A DNA stretch of 64,000 nucleotides from Candidatus Cloacimonadales bacterium (GTDB lineage: Bacteria > Cloacimonadota > Cloacimonadia > Cloacimonadales > JAIOQZ01), in NCBI GenBank assembly GCA_963662655.2, contig CAXXTU010000002.1:1184001-1248000 (forward strand), written 5' to 3'. The translations under genes were made by a program, and so were the position numbers. The notes under the pieces were generated by a model that saw only the letters and a program-made list of their open reading frames with translations, was not told the DNA's origin and made no database searches. Shown here piece after piece: positions 19,283-30,200 of the stretch (the stretch's first letter is position 1; each line of letters starts with the position of its first letter).

Positions 19283-19323
19283 TTGACGCGCATAATTCAT
19301 GAGACGTTATTTGCTATATAGCA
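19283..19323 (+). promoter_or_regulatory. putative promoter (-35 TTGACG) plus perfect operator palindrome
   Basis: TTGACG at 19283-19288; TGCTATATAGCA at 19312-19323. Confidence 0.65.
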
Positions 19324-19379
19324 TCATGAAGGGAATTTCATACGTTTTCCCGTGATAATAAAATTGTGAGGTCCGTATT

Positions 19380-22300
19380 GTGAAACGAAGAATTCTGAGT
19401 TCAATCCTGCTTATTTTCATCGCAGCTTTCCTGCTTGTCAGTTGCGATACGATCACGGATCCGGATCCAGTTCCGGATACGACTCCCTCAACCAACTACA
19501 CGCTCGTATGGGCCGACGAATTCGACGGCGCGTCGAGTACGCCGGATCCAACCAACTGGAATTACGATCTCGGCTACGGTTATGGAAACAACAACGACGG
19601 CTGGGGTAACGACGAGTGGCAGAAGTATACCGACTCGGAAGAAAACGTCCGCGTCGAGGATGGCAATCTCGTTATCACCGCCACCTGGGATTCAACCAAC
19701 TACATCGTTCCCGGAAAACGGGACGGCTCGATCACATCAGGACGGATCAACACGAAGAACAATTTTTCCATGAAATACGGCAAAATCCAGGCGCGCATCA
19801 AGCCGCCGCAGGGCGCTGGCATGTGGCCGGCGTTCTGGTTGCTTGGCGCAAACTACGACGAAGTGAGCTGGCCGTACTGCGGCGAAATCGACATCATGGA
19901 GATGAGCCCTCTCTACCACGACGAAAAGACCTCGATTTGCACAATCCACTGGTGGGACGAAGACGAAAACGCGCACCTCTCCTTCCAGGGAACGAAGGTT
20001 TTCAACGAAGCGCTTGCGAACGACTTCCACATCTTCGAGATCGAGTGGGACGCAAGCCGCATCATCGGTCGCATCGACGACATGACCTACATGACAAGGG
20101 TCCTCGATCCCGACACGATGGATGAATTCATGAACCACTTCTTTATTATAATGAACATAGCGGTCGGCGGAGGCTACGGCGGAGCGCCCAACAATACCAC
20201 CCCCTGGCCGCAAAAAATGTATATCGACTGGATTCGCGCCTATCAGAAAGACGTGTCCAACGATGACGTCGAGACGTTTGGTATCTTCACCGATACAACA
20301 CCGGTCGACGACAGAATCACCCCGGGACTCGACGCTGAAATCTACGTTTGGGAGAACACGCTCCTTGCCGGAGGAATGCTCCCGTACGAAGGCGACAACG
20401 TGATGTCGTGGGCCACGACAGGCATCGGATGGTTCGGCATGGGCATTCAGGCCAATCAACCGCTCGACCTCTCAGGCTTTGCCGGTGGCAACATGAACCT
20501 CATGATCAAGATGCCGGCTGAAGTATCTTTCCAATCGGCATCAACGACACCAACGGCAACGAAAGTTATGTCGACTTCCCCGCCAACGAAACGGCTTACG
20601 GACTGGCCAGAGACGGCGAGTGGGGACGGGCGACGATCCCGATCGAGACGATCAGGGGCAACGTTGACCTGAGTTCGTTGAGCTACGCCTTCATGATGAA
20701 GGAAGAAAGCGGTACGCAGTGCCAGTTCGCCATCGACGATATCTACTGGGACGGCGGAGGCCTGGCCATCAGTTCCGTCGCTTTCAATGCGGGAACCTAT
20801 TACTCCGATGACAGCAACGCGTATATCACCGTTACGGACGAAGCCGCTGCAGGAACGCAGGTCACGGCGACCGTCGATAACGGAACCGACACGATCTCGC
20901 TCGATGTAACGCTGGACGACAACGGCACAGGAACCGCTGTCGTGAACTTCGGTGCAACGGACGACGAAACCGACACCATAGCCATCGCAGTAGGCAACAC
21001 GCTCACAGTAAGTTATACAGACACATACGGAACCCTTAGAACAGACAGCGCTATCATAACCGCTTCCGGGCCGACCGTCGGAACATTCGGCGTATTCACC
21101 GACACAACGCCGGTCACAACGATGCTCACCATTGGCGAGGACTCGGAAATCTACGTCTGGGAAAACACACTCACACAAGGTTCGATCGAACCCTTCGAAG
21201 GCTACAACGTCATCACCTGGCAAACCACCGGCACAGGCTGGTTTGGCGGTGGCGTGATGGTCAACGATGGCATCGACCTCACAGATTTTGCAGGTGGCTC
21301 TGTCAAATTCATGATGAAAATGCCGGCTGAAGTCACCTTCAAAATCGGTGTCCAGGACACCAACGGACACGAACACTACGTAACCTTCCCCGCTTCGACG
21401 AACGTCTTCGGACTCACAAGGAACGGCGACTGGGGTCAGGCGATCATCCCCGTGAACGAACTCGCGGACGGCGTTGATCTCTCCGCCATGAGCTATGTAT
21501 TCACTATCCTCGAAGAGAATGGTACCGCTTGCGAATTCGCGATCGACGATATTTACTGGGAAGAAGGTTCCGGCAATCAGGAAGGCGATAGCGACATCGC
21601 TTTCGACGCGCAATCCTACATGGAAGACGCCACAAGCGCGACCATCGCCGTCCTGGACGAAGACGCCGCCGGTTCAACGGTGGCTATAACCGTCGACAAC
21701 GGCTCGGAGAGCATCTCCATCGACGTTGTCCTCGATTCGAACGGCGACGGAACGGCGACCGTTAACTTCGGTGCGACCAATGACGATACGAACACCCTCG
21801 CAATCGCTGCGGGAAACACGATCACGGCCTCTTTCACCGATTCGCACAGCGATCTCCTCACCGACACGGCGACCATTCAGTCTTCGGGTCCCGGCGTGGA
21901 CAGATTCGGTATCTTCACAGACACAACGCCAGTCACGGACGGGATCACCGTTGGCAGCAACGCCAACATCTACGTCTGGGAGAACACCCTGACAGCCGGT
22001 TCCATCGAACCTTACGAAGGCGACAACGGAATCTCCTGGCAGTCAAATGGCATGGGATGGTTCGGCGCGGGTATTCAGTCCACACAAGCGCTCGATCTCT
22101 CTGCCTACGCAGGCGGAACCGTCGAAATCATGATCAAGATGCCGGCAAACGTCACCTTCAAGATCGGTATGACGGACCAGGCAGGTCACGAGAAATACGT
22201 GTCCTTCCCGGCAAACCAGACGGTGTTCGGTCTCACCCGCGATGGCGAGTGGGGACGCGCCTCGATTCCGTTGAGCGAGTACATCTCCACCATCAACTTC

Positions 22301-22411
22301 CAATCGATGGATTACGTGTTCACCATTCTGGAAGAAAACGGCACACAATGCGAATTCGGACTCGATGACATCTACTGGCAGAAAGCTACTTCCCGCAACG
22401 CAGGCAAGTAG
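19380..22411 (+). pseudogene. multimodular GH16 lipoprotein (GH16 + 3 CBM-like repeats + 2 Ig-like spacers) with a 1-nt frameshift at ~20533 (real lesion or sequencing error)
   Basis: Lipobox LVS-C; WPYCGEIDIME; KMPAEVSF-Q then IGINDTNGNESYVDFPANETAYGLARDGEWG continues in the frame of ORF 20678-22411 and matches the later repeats. Confidence 0.82.
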
Positions 22412-22458
22412 GGCAAGCCTCATGATATAATGAATCTATAACGCGCAAAGGAACGGAC

Positions 22459-24387
22459 ATGAGCAAACACGCACATCACAGAACAAGATCGGAAGATCGG
22501 ATATCCTTGAAGCAGAAATCCGCGTATGCTGTTGGAATGCTGGTAAACAATCTGCAAGCGGCAGCGTTACCGGCAATGGTTGTCATACTCAATCTCGGGC
22601 TTGGCATGGACGTACTACTGGTCGGGCTGATCGGATCGATTCCGCGCATCTTCGATGCCGTCTCGGATCCGTTGGTCGGCTTCATTTCCGATAACACCCG
22701 CACCCGTTGGGGACGGCGCAGGCCGTTCATCTTCATTGGAGCGTTATTGGCGGGGCTGATTTTTGCCGTGATGTGGCAATTGCCTTCCGGATACATCGAC
22801 GTGCTGAAAAGCAAGCCGGTGCACGCGCATCAAACAATCGTCGGGGATTTCAACCCGGAAACAACGTTGGAAACCGGCGATATCTCCGTTCCATTCAACG
22901 CGGAGCAGCCCACGTACGTTACCTTTGTATTATACGGCCCGGCCGATCTCTCTTCCGACCTCGGCGCAAGCAACCTGGACGGATTCCCGCAGGTCGAGCT
23001 CAATGTCGATCTCCCCGAATACCAAACCATGCAGGTCGCGATGCACGAGAGCGGAGATAGCGGAGAGACCTGGGCGATCGATCTTACGCAAGCCGATTCA
23101 CAGGACAACAACGGAAAGCTCTATCAATTCCCGCTGGCCGGACTGAAACTCGATGAAGCGCAAAACATCTCCGGTGGTAACGGTCAACTCGACCTTCCCA
23201 CCATAGAGTACATGACGGTGTCCGTGAAAGGCGTCGAAGGAAGCGGCGTGGCGACCATCCACGCACTCAAGTTCCGCAAAAGCGAGAGCTTCTACACCGG
23301 TTACTTCGTCTACTTCCTGATCATGTCGATCCTGTTCTTCCTCGCCTATACATTGTATGCGACGCCTTTTGTGGCTTTCGGCTACGAAATGACTCCCGAC
23401 TACCACGAGAGAACCCGGCTTCACGCGTTCGCCAACACCGTTGGGCAGCTCGCGTGGCTCGGCGTTCCCTGGTTTTACGCCATCATGGCGAGCAGCCTGT
23501 TCAAGGATACCGTTCACGGCGCTAGAACCCTGGCGATCTATGTCGGTATTGCCGTGGCAGCTTTGGGTATTCTTCCCGCGATCTTCCTGAAAGAGCGACA
23601 GGTTCTCGAACCCGTCCAGAAGGCGACCAAGGGTGTCTGGAAGAACATGGTCGAATTCTTCAAGGGCGTGGTTATCACCTTCAAGAACAAGCCCTTCGTC
23701 AAACTTTGCGGAGCGACCTTCCTGGTGTTCAACGGATTCCAGCTTGGCGCATCCTTCTCGATTTATGTCATGATCTATTACCTTTTCCACGGCAACGACG
23801 CCAGCGCCGGCAAGCTCATGGGCTGGTTCGGCATGATTACCTCCATCGCAACCCTCGCGGTTATTCCTCTCACCGGCTGGATCGCAACCAGAATCGGCAA
23901 GAAGAGAACCTTTTTCATCACCATCTCGTTTTCGCTCATCGGATACGTGGTCAAATGGTTCGGTTACAATCCGGCGCACCCGTACTGGCTGCTTTTCGCA
24001 GCTCCGTTCGTAGCCTTTGGAACCGGCTCGCTCTTCACCCTCATGGGCTCCATGATCTCCGATGTCTGCGACTATGACGAACTCGAAACCCACCAACGGC
24101 GCGAAGGCGTGTTCGGCGCGATCTACTGGTGGATGGTAAAAATCGGAATGTCGATCGCCGGTCTGATGACCGGTGTACTCCTTAAATTCGCGAAATTCGA
24201 TCAGGCCCTCGGTGCAGGTCAGGACGCCACCACGCTTCAACTTCTCCGCTTCTTCGATGTCGCGATCCCGTTTGTTACATCCGCGATCGCCATCTGGATC
24301 ATTGCGTCGTACGCGTTGAGCGAAGACCGCGCCTACGAAATCCGCGGAATTCTCGAGGCAAGACGCCTGAAGAAATCGGCTGAGTAA
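22459..24387 (+). CDS. MFS/GPH-family sugar transporter with a large soluble insertion
   Basis: RIFDAVSDPLVGFISDNTRTRWGRRRPF, EMTPDYHERT, DVCDYDELETHQRREG; ~165 aa hydrophilic insert after TM3. Confidence 0.9.
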   Translation: MSKHAHHRTRSEDRISLKQKSAYAVGMLVNNLQAAALPAMVVILNLGLGMDVLLVGLIGSIPRIFDAVSDPLVGFISDNTRTRWGRRRPFIFIGALLAGLIFAVMWQLPSGYIDVLKSKPVHAHQTIVGDFNPETTLETGDISVPFNAEQPTYVTFVLYGPADLSSDLGASNLDGFPQVELNVDLPEYQTMQVAMHESGDSGETWAIDLTQADSQDNNGKLYQFPLAGLKLDEAQNISGGNGQLDLPTIEYMTVSVKGVEGSGVATIHALKFRKSESFYTGYFVYFLIMSILFFLAYTLYATPFVAFGYEMTPDYHERTRLHAFANTVGQLAWLGVPWFYAIMASSLFKDTVHGARTLAIYVGIAVAALGILPAIFLKERQVLEPVQKATKGVWKNMVEFFKGVVITFKNKPFVKLCGATFLVFNGFQLGASFSIYVMIYYLFHGNDASAGKLMGWFGMITSIATLAVIPLTGWIATRIGKKRTFFITISFSLIGYVVKWFGYNPAHPYWLLFAAPFVAFGTGSLFTLMGSMISDVCDYDELETHQRREGVFGAIYWWMVKIGMSIAGLMTGVLLKFAKFDQALGAGQDATTLQLLRFFDVAIPFVTSAIAIWIIASYALSEDRAYEIRGILEARRLKKSAE

Positions 24388-24404
24388 CCGCCTGAGGTAT
24401 CCCG

Positions 24405-26078
24405 ATGAGAGCCCATCCCGTTTTCGCCAGATCGCTTAAAATCGCACTGCTCTCGGTTGCGCCGTTCATCGCGCTTGCGCAACAGATCGACATGACGAAG
24501 GAGATCACCGTTACCTCCGCGTCAGGATCGAAGCTCGCAAGACAGGACAATGTCGCGTTTCTGGAGGGCGAGGCGGAAGGAAACGTGCTTCGCATAGACC
24601 CACGCGTCCGCAAGCAGACGTTGGATGGTATCGGAACTTCGTTTACGGAATCCGCCGCGTTCGTTCTGGCTCATCTGGATGAAAACCGGCGAGCGGAAGT
24701 CATGCAGAAAATCTTCGGCGAGAATGGAGCGAATTTCACCCTCACCCGCACGCATATCGGGGCTTGCGATTTCACGGTGAAGGGTAAGTATTCTTACGAC
24801 GACGTGCCGGGCGACAGTGAGCTGAAACATTTTTCGATCGCCCCGGACACGGACGGATTCGATCCCAGCGAATACCCCGGGATCAAGGATCCGGCTTACG
24901 ATCTCCTCCCCATGATCAAGCAGGCGATCGCCATCAAGAGCAAACAGGAAGACACCACGCTACGAATCGTGGCTTCCGCCTGGACTGCGCCATCCTGGAT
25001 GAAGGACATCGAAGAATGGTACATCCCGGGAGCTCCCGAGAACAACTGGCAAGGCACCGGCGGTTCACTGAAAGACGAGTACGTCTCCGTGTATGCAGAA
25101 TACCTTGTAAAATACTTGCAAAGCTACCGGAACGAAGGTGTCGATATCTGGGGAATGACGCCCGTCAACGAGCCGCATGGAAACAACGGGCAGTGGGAGA
25201 GCATGAGCTTCTCCCCCGAAACGCAAAACGACTTTATCAAGAAATATTTGGGGCAACAGCTACGTGCAGGTGGGTTCGGTAATCTCAAGCTCCTCGTCTA
25301 TGATCAAAACCGCGACGGTATCGAGCCATGGACGGACGTGATCTTTGCCGATCCCGGCACTGCACCGTACGTTTACGGCGTTGCCGTTCACTGGTACGAA
25401 AGCACCAATCAGGTGTACGAGGAAACATTCGAGAGGGTTCACGAGAAATTCCCGGGCTTTGCGATCATCCATACGGAGGGTTGCATCGACGACCTCGGCA
25501 AGGACGCGCCCGAGGGCGTTTCGGACCCCGTCAAATTCAAGGAAACCAACTGGTTCGACAAAGACGATTTCTGGTGGAACGACAACGCCACCGATTGGGC
25601 CTATACCGTTCCCTGGCAGGGTGTGAACGTGAAAGACCACCCCGCCTACGCTCCGGTTCATCGCTACGCGCGCAACATCATCGTGAGTATCGATCACTGG
25701 ATGCAGGGCTGGATCGATTGGAACATCGTCCTGGACAGCAGCGGCGGCCCGAACCACGTCAACAACTTCTGTGGCGCTCCCATCATGATCGATACGAAGA
25801 GCCAGAAGGTATATTACACGCCGGTTTATTATGTGCTGGCTCAGTTTAGTAGAACCATCCGCCCGGGAGATCGAGCCGTAAAAACGCAAAAGCTTGCACC
25901 AACTCTCGGGCAGGATGACCTCCACACGTGCGCGACAATCAACAACGACGGCCTTCTGAGCGTGCAAGTTCTCAATACCACGCAAGAGCCCATCCGGTAC
26001 AACCTTCAAATCGGCAAACGCTTCGCGCCGATCACCATCGAAGCGAACGCGGTTCAGACGGTGAGGGTGCAACTATGA
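24405..26078 (+). CDS. GH30 glycoside hydrolase (probable beta-1,6-debranching glucanase/glucosidase)
   Basis: GTSFTES, RTHIGACDF, SAWTAPSWMK, NEP, HWY, TEGC, GWIDWNIVLD..GGPNH. Confidence 0.88.
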   Translation: MRAHPVFARSLKIALLSVAPFIALAQQIDMTKEITVTSASGSKLARQDNVAFLEGEAEGNVLRIDPRVRKQTLDGIGTSFTESAAFVLAHLDENRRAEVMQKIFGENGANFTLTRTHIGACDFTVKGKYSYDDVPGDSELKHFSIAPDTDGFDPSEYPGIKDPAYDLLPMIKQAIAIKSKQEDTTLRIVASAWTAPSWMKDIEEWYIPGAPENNWQGTGGSLKDEYVSVYAEYLVKYLQSYRNEGVDIWGMTPVNEPHGNNGQWESMSFSPETQNDFIKKYLGQQLRAGGFGNLKLLVYDQNRDGIEPWTDVIFADPGTAPYVYGVAVHWYESTNQVYEETFERVHEKFPGFAIIHTEGCIDDLGKDAPEGVSDPVKFKETNWFDKDDFWWNDNATDWAYTVPWQGVNVKDHPAYAPVHRYARNIIVSIDHWMQGWIDWNIVLDSSGGPNHVNNFCGAPIMIDTKSQKVYYTPVYYVLAQFSRTIRPGDRAVKTQKLAPTLGQDDLHTCATINNDGLLSVQVLNTTQEPIRYNLQIGKRFAPITIEANAVQTVRVQL

Positions 26079-27190
26079 TGTCGCGCGGCTGTCGATTCCT
26101 TGTCTTCCTCATTCTGCCGATTTTACTCCTATCGGCGTGTGGACACGGGAGCGGTAGCCGGAATAACGAGCTCGGTGTAGTCGGGAAAAACCTGATGGAA
26201 GGTATAACACCCGTGAAGCGCGATCCTTTCAATCGTCGTGCATTCAGGCCGGACAAGACCGATCCACTCTACCTCAAAGGCGTGTCGTACGGACCGCATC
26301 GTAAGGGGCAGGCTCCCTGGGGCGAATCTCCCACGGACGAGCAGCTCGAAGAAGACCTTTCAATTATATCCAGCGTCTGGCATCTCGTCAGAATCTATAA
26401 CGCCGACGACATCTCCGGGAGAATCTTGCGGATCATCCGGCAGAACAACCTCCCCATAAAAGTCATGCTGGGCGTATGGCTGGAAAACGAGACCGACAGA
26501 CCCGGCATGCGAAAAAATAACGTCGATAACGTCCTCCAGGCCATCGAGCAGGCCGACGAATACCCCGAGATCGTTATCGGGCTGAATGTCGGCAATGAAA
26601 CGCAGGTCTACTGGTCTGCACACAAGATGGAAGAAGATGACCTGATACGCTATATCCGTACCGTACGCAATCATATCGAGCAACCCGTCACTACCGCGGA
26701 CGACTACAATTTCTGGAACAGGCCGGAGAGTAAGGCCATCGAAAATGAGATCGATTTCATCACCATGCACATCCACCCGCTCTGGAACGGGAAGACACTC
26801 GCCGAGACCTTCGACTGGATCAGCAAGATGCGCTTCGATATCATCACGAAGGTTGGAAGCATGGATGTCGTAATCGGTGAGGTAGGCTGGGCCACGGATT
26901 ACAACGCAGACAAGAAGGGCGACGGTGAGCAGGGAACGCTCGTCAAAGGCGAAGTTGGGATCGATGCACAGGGAGAATTCCTCATCGGGCTCGACAAGTG
27001 GATCGAAGACAAGCGCTGCACTACGTTTCTGTTCGAAGCGTTTGACGAATCCTGGAAAGGTGGAGCGGAGAGCACCGGCCCCAATGAGATCGAGAAGAAT
27101 TGGGGTGTGTTTTACGAAAACAGGAAACCGAAAGAATCCTTTTTAAGGTATTTAGAAGATAAAGAATCAAGAAGAATAAGACAATTATAA
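26075..27190 (+). CDS. GH17-like beta-1,3-glucanase/glucosidase lipoprotein
   Basis: Lipobox LSA-C; VRIY, VMLGVW, NVGNE, PVTTADDY, IGEVGW, FEAFDESWK; start overlaps the GH30 stop. Confidence 0.85.
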   Translation: MMSRGCRFLVFLILPILLLSACGHGSGSRNNELGVVGKNLMEGITPVKRDPFNRRAFRPDKTDPLYLKGVSYGPHRKGQAPWGESPTDEQLEEDLSIISSVWHLVRIYNADDISGRILRIIRQNNLPIKVMLGVWLENETDRPGMRKNNVDNVLQAIEQADEYPEIVIGLNVGNETQVYWSAHKMEEDDLIRYIRTVRNHIEQPVTTADDYNFWNRPESKAIENEIDFITMHIHPLWNGKTLAETFDWISKMRFDIITKVGSMDVVIGEVGWATDYNADKKGDGEQGTLVKGEVGIDAQGEFLIGLDKWIEDKRCTTFLFEAFDESWKGGAESTGPNEIEKNWGVFYENRKPKESFLRYLEDKESRRIRQL

Positions 27191-27205
27191 AAATTGGAGG
27201 AAAAG

Positions 27206-30200
27206 ATGTACAAGACATCCATGTTCGTTACTCTGTTGCTTTTCTTTGTTCTTGGCTCGGGCCTCTTTGCCCAGACAAGAACCATTGATTTCGAGACCGG
27301 AGAAACCGGGACCGCCTGGAACTGGGTCGTCACCGAAAACGGATCGAACCCGGCCATGACATTCCCGGCGAATCCCGCAAGCGATGCCGTTAACGGCTCC
27401 GCAAACGTCGCCGAGTTCACCGCGCTGGACGCAGGAGCCAATTGGGCGCTTTGCTTCACCGACGACATCGATGATTTCAAGTTCAACGCAAACAACAGCA
27501 CTGTCAGTATTATGGTCTACAAGCCCGTAATCAGCAATATTGCCATCAAGTTTGAAGGATCGAGCCCGGCAGTCGAGATCCAAATACCGAACACTGTCGT
27601 GAATCAGTGGGAAAACATCGTATTCGATTTTTCCGGTTCGATCGGAAACACCTACAGCAGGTTGGTGATCATTCCCGATTTTGCCAATAGGGATCAGGAC
27701 AACGTGATCTATTTTGACAACATCGTGATGCCTTCCGGCAACGTGTTCACCCCTGAACCCAACGTACCGGAAGTTGCCGCGCCGGTTCCGACAGTCGACG
27801 CGGAAGACGTGATTTCCATCTACAGCGATTCCTACACCGATCTCGAAGGCACCAACTTCGCAGCTCCGTGGGGTCAATCGACAGTTGTTTCCTTTGATGA
27901 CATCGAAGGCAACAACATGATGAAATACGCCACCTTCAACTTCCAGGGAACGCAGCTTCTCGGAGCTCACAACCTTACGGCCATGACACACGTTCACATC
28001 GATATGTGGACCGACGACGCCACCGTCGTGAAATTCTCACCGATCAGCGCTTTGAATGGCGAGCACCTCGTGAGCCTCGAACCGATCAACGCGGAAACAT
28101 GGAACAGCTACGACATCCCGCTCGAAGACTTCACCGGTCTCCGCTGGGATGATATCCACCAATTAAAATTCGACGGACAGGCTGGCGTATATCCATCCAC
28201 CATCTATCTTGATAACATCTATTTCTACGCTTCGGATGCAGCAAGCGACGACGCGACTCTCAGCGATCTCCGTGTGGACGACACGACCGTCGATGGATTC
28301 GCTTCCAACGTCTACTCCTACAACGTTGATCTCCCGGAAGGAACCGAGATCGTTCCGACCGTGACAGCGACAACCAACCACACCGGCGCTTCCTATCAGA
28401 TCAACAACGCGACCGAACTTCCCGGAACAACCTCCGTTGTCGTTACAGCCGAAGACACCACAACCTCGTTGACCTATATCATCAACTTCACCGTGGGTTC
28501 TTCAGTACCGACCCAGCCCACCGCTGCCGCTCCGACGCCCACGCATCTTCACGAGAACGTGAAATCCGTATTCAGCAACGTCTACGGCGACATGGCCGGC
28601 GCAAACTTCAACCCGTCCTGGGGACAAACCACACTCGTCCTTTTCGAGCTCATCGAAGGCGACACCGTCATCAAATATCAGAACTTCAACTATCAGGGAA
28701 CCGAGTTCCCGGCCACGAGCATCGAATCGATGGAATACGTTCACATCGACATGTGGACTCCGGACGCGACCGTCGTCATGTTCTCCCCCATCAGCGGATC
28801 ACGCATCGAGCACCTTGTCTCGCTCACTCCGCTCGTGCAAGGCACCTGGAACAGCTACGACATCCCGCTCACCGATTTCAGCGACATAGACCTTTCCGAT
28901 GTCTATCAGCTCAAGTTCACGGCCGAGCCGGGATTCAACCCCTGCAACGTATGGATCGACAACGTATTCTTCTGGAAGAATCCCATCGGTGCAGGCGCGG
29001 ACGCAACCCTCAGCAACCTGATGGTCAACGGAACCACTGTTACCGGCTTCTCGTCCGGCGTTTACACCTATAACGTCGAGCTTCCCTACGGAACGACAGA
29101 AGTCCCTGTCGTTACCGCAACTACAACCGATCCTCTGGCAAGCCACCTTGTAACCAACGCTACAGGGCTTCCCGGAACCGCTACTGTTGCCGTCACCTCC
29201 GCAAACGAAGAGGAGCATCTGAATTACACCATCAACTTCACCGTTGGCGATGAAGTGGCAGAACCAACCGTTGGCGCACCGATTCCCGATGAACCGGCGC
29301 AAGACGTGATTTCGATTTTCAGCAACACATACGGCGACATGGCCGGCACGAACTTCAATCCTTACTGGGGACAGCAAACCGTCGTCACATTTGAGGGAAT
29401 CGACGGAAACACGACCCTGAAATACGACAACTTCAACTACCAGGGAACGCAGCTCGCAGGCAGCATCGACCTTTCCCTCATGGAATACGTGCACGTCGAT
29501 CTCTGGACAGCGAACGCGGAACAAGTTCAGTTCTCGCCGATCAGCATCTCCACCGGCGAGGTTCTCACATACTTCTCGCCGCTCGAGCAGGAAACCTGGA
29601 ACAGCTTCGACATCCCGCTCGAAGACTTCACAAACCTCTCCATGAGTGATATTCACCAGCTCAAGTTCGTAGGAACGACAGGTTCGACCGTATATCTCGA
29701 CAACATCTACTTCTGGAAGAATCCGACCCAGGCCGGATCGGACGCGACACTCAGCGATCTCAAGGTCAACGGTACAACCGTAACCGGTTTCGCGCCGTCA
29801 ACCTTGACCTACTCTGTCGAGCTTCCTTACGGAACCACCGAAGTGCCTGCCGTTACTGCAACCACAACCGATCCCCTGGCAGATTACGTAGTAAACGACG
29901 CCGCCGAGCTTCCTGGAACCACCACCGTAGTCGTAACCGCTCAGGATGAAACAACAATCCTCACCTACAGTGTGGTATTCACCATTGAAAATCCTGTACC
30001 AAGTACTGGAGCTCCGAATCCAACATACGCACCAGCCGATGTGACATCCATCTTCAGCAACGTCTATGGCGACATCGCAGGCGCGAACTTCAATCCCAAC
30101 TGGGGACAGCAGACAACCGTCACCTTCGAGAACATCGATGGCAACACAACCCTGAAATACTCGAACTTCAACTACCAGGGAACCGAGTTCCCAACCACCG

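Noticed and set aside
20521..20540. Programmed ribosomal frameshift or phase-variable tract
   Set aside because: No slippery heptamer or long homopolymer at the site
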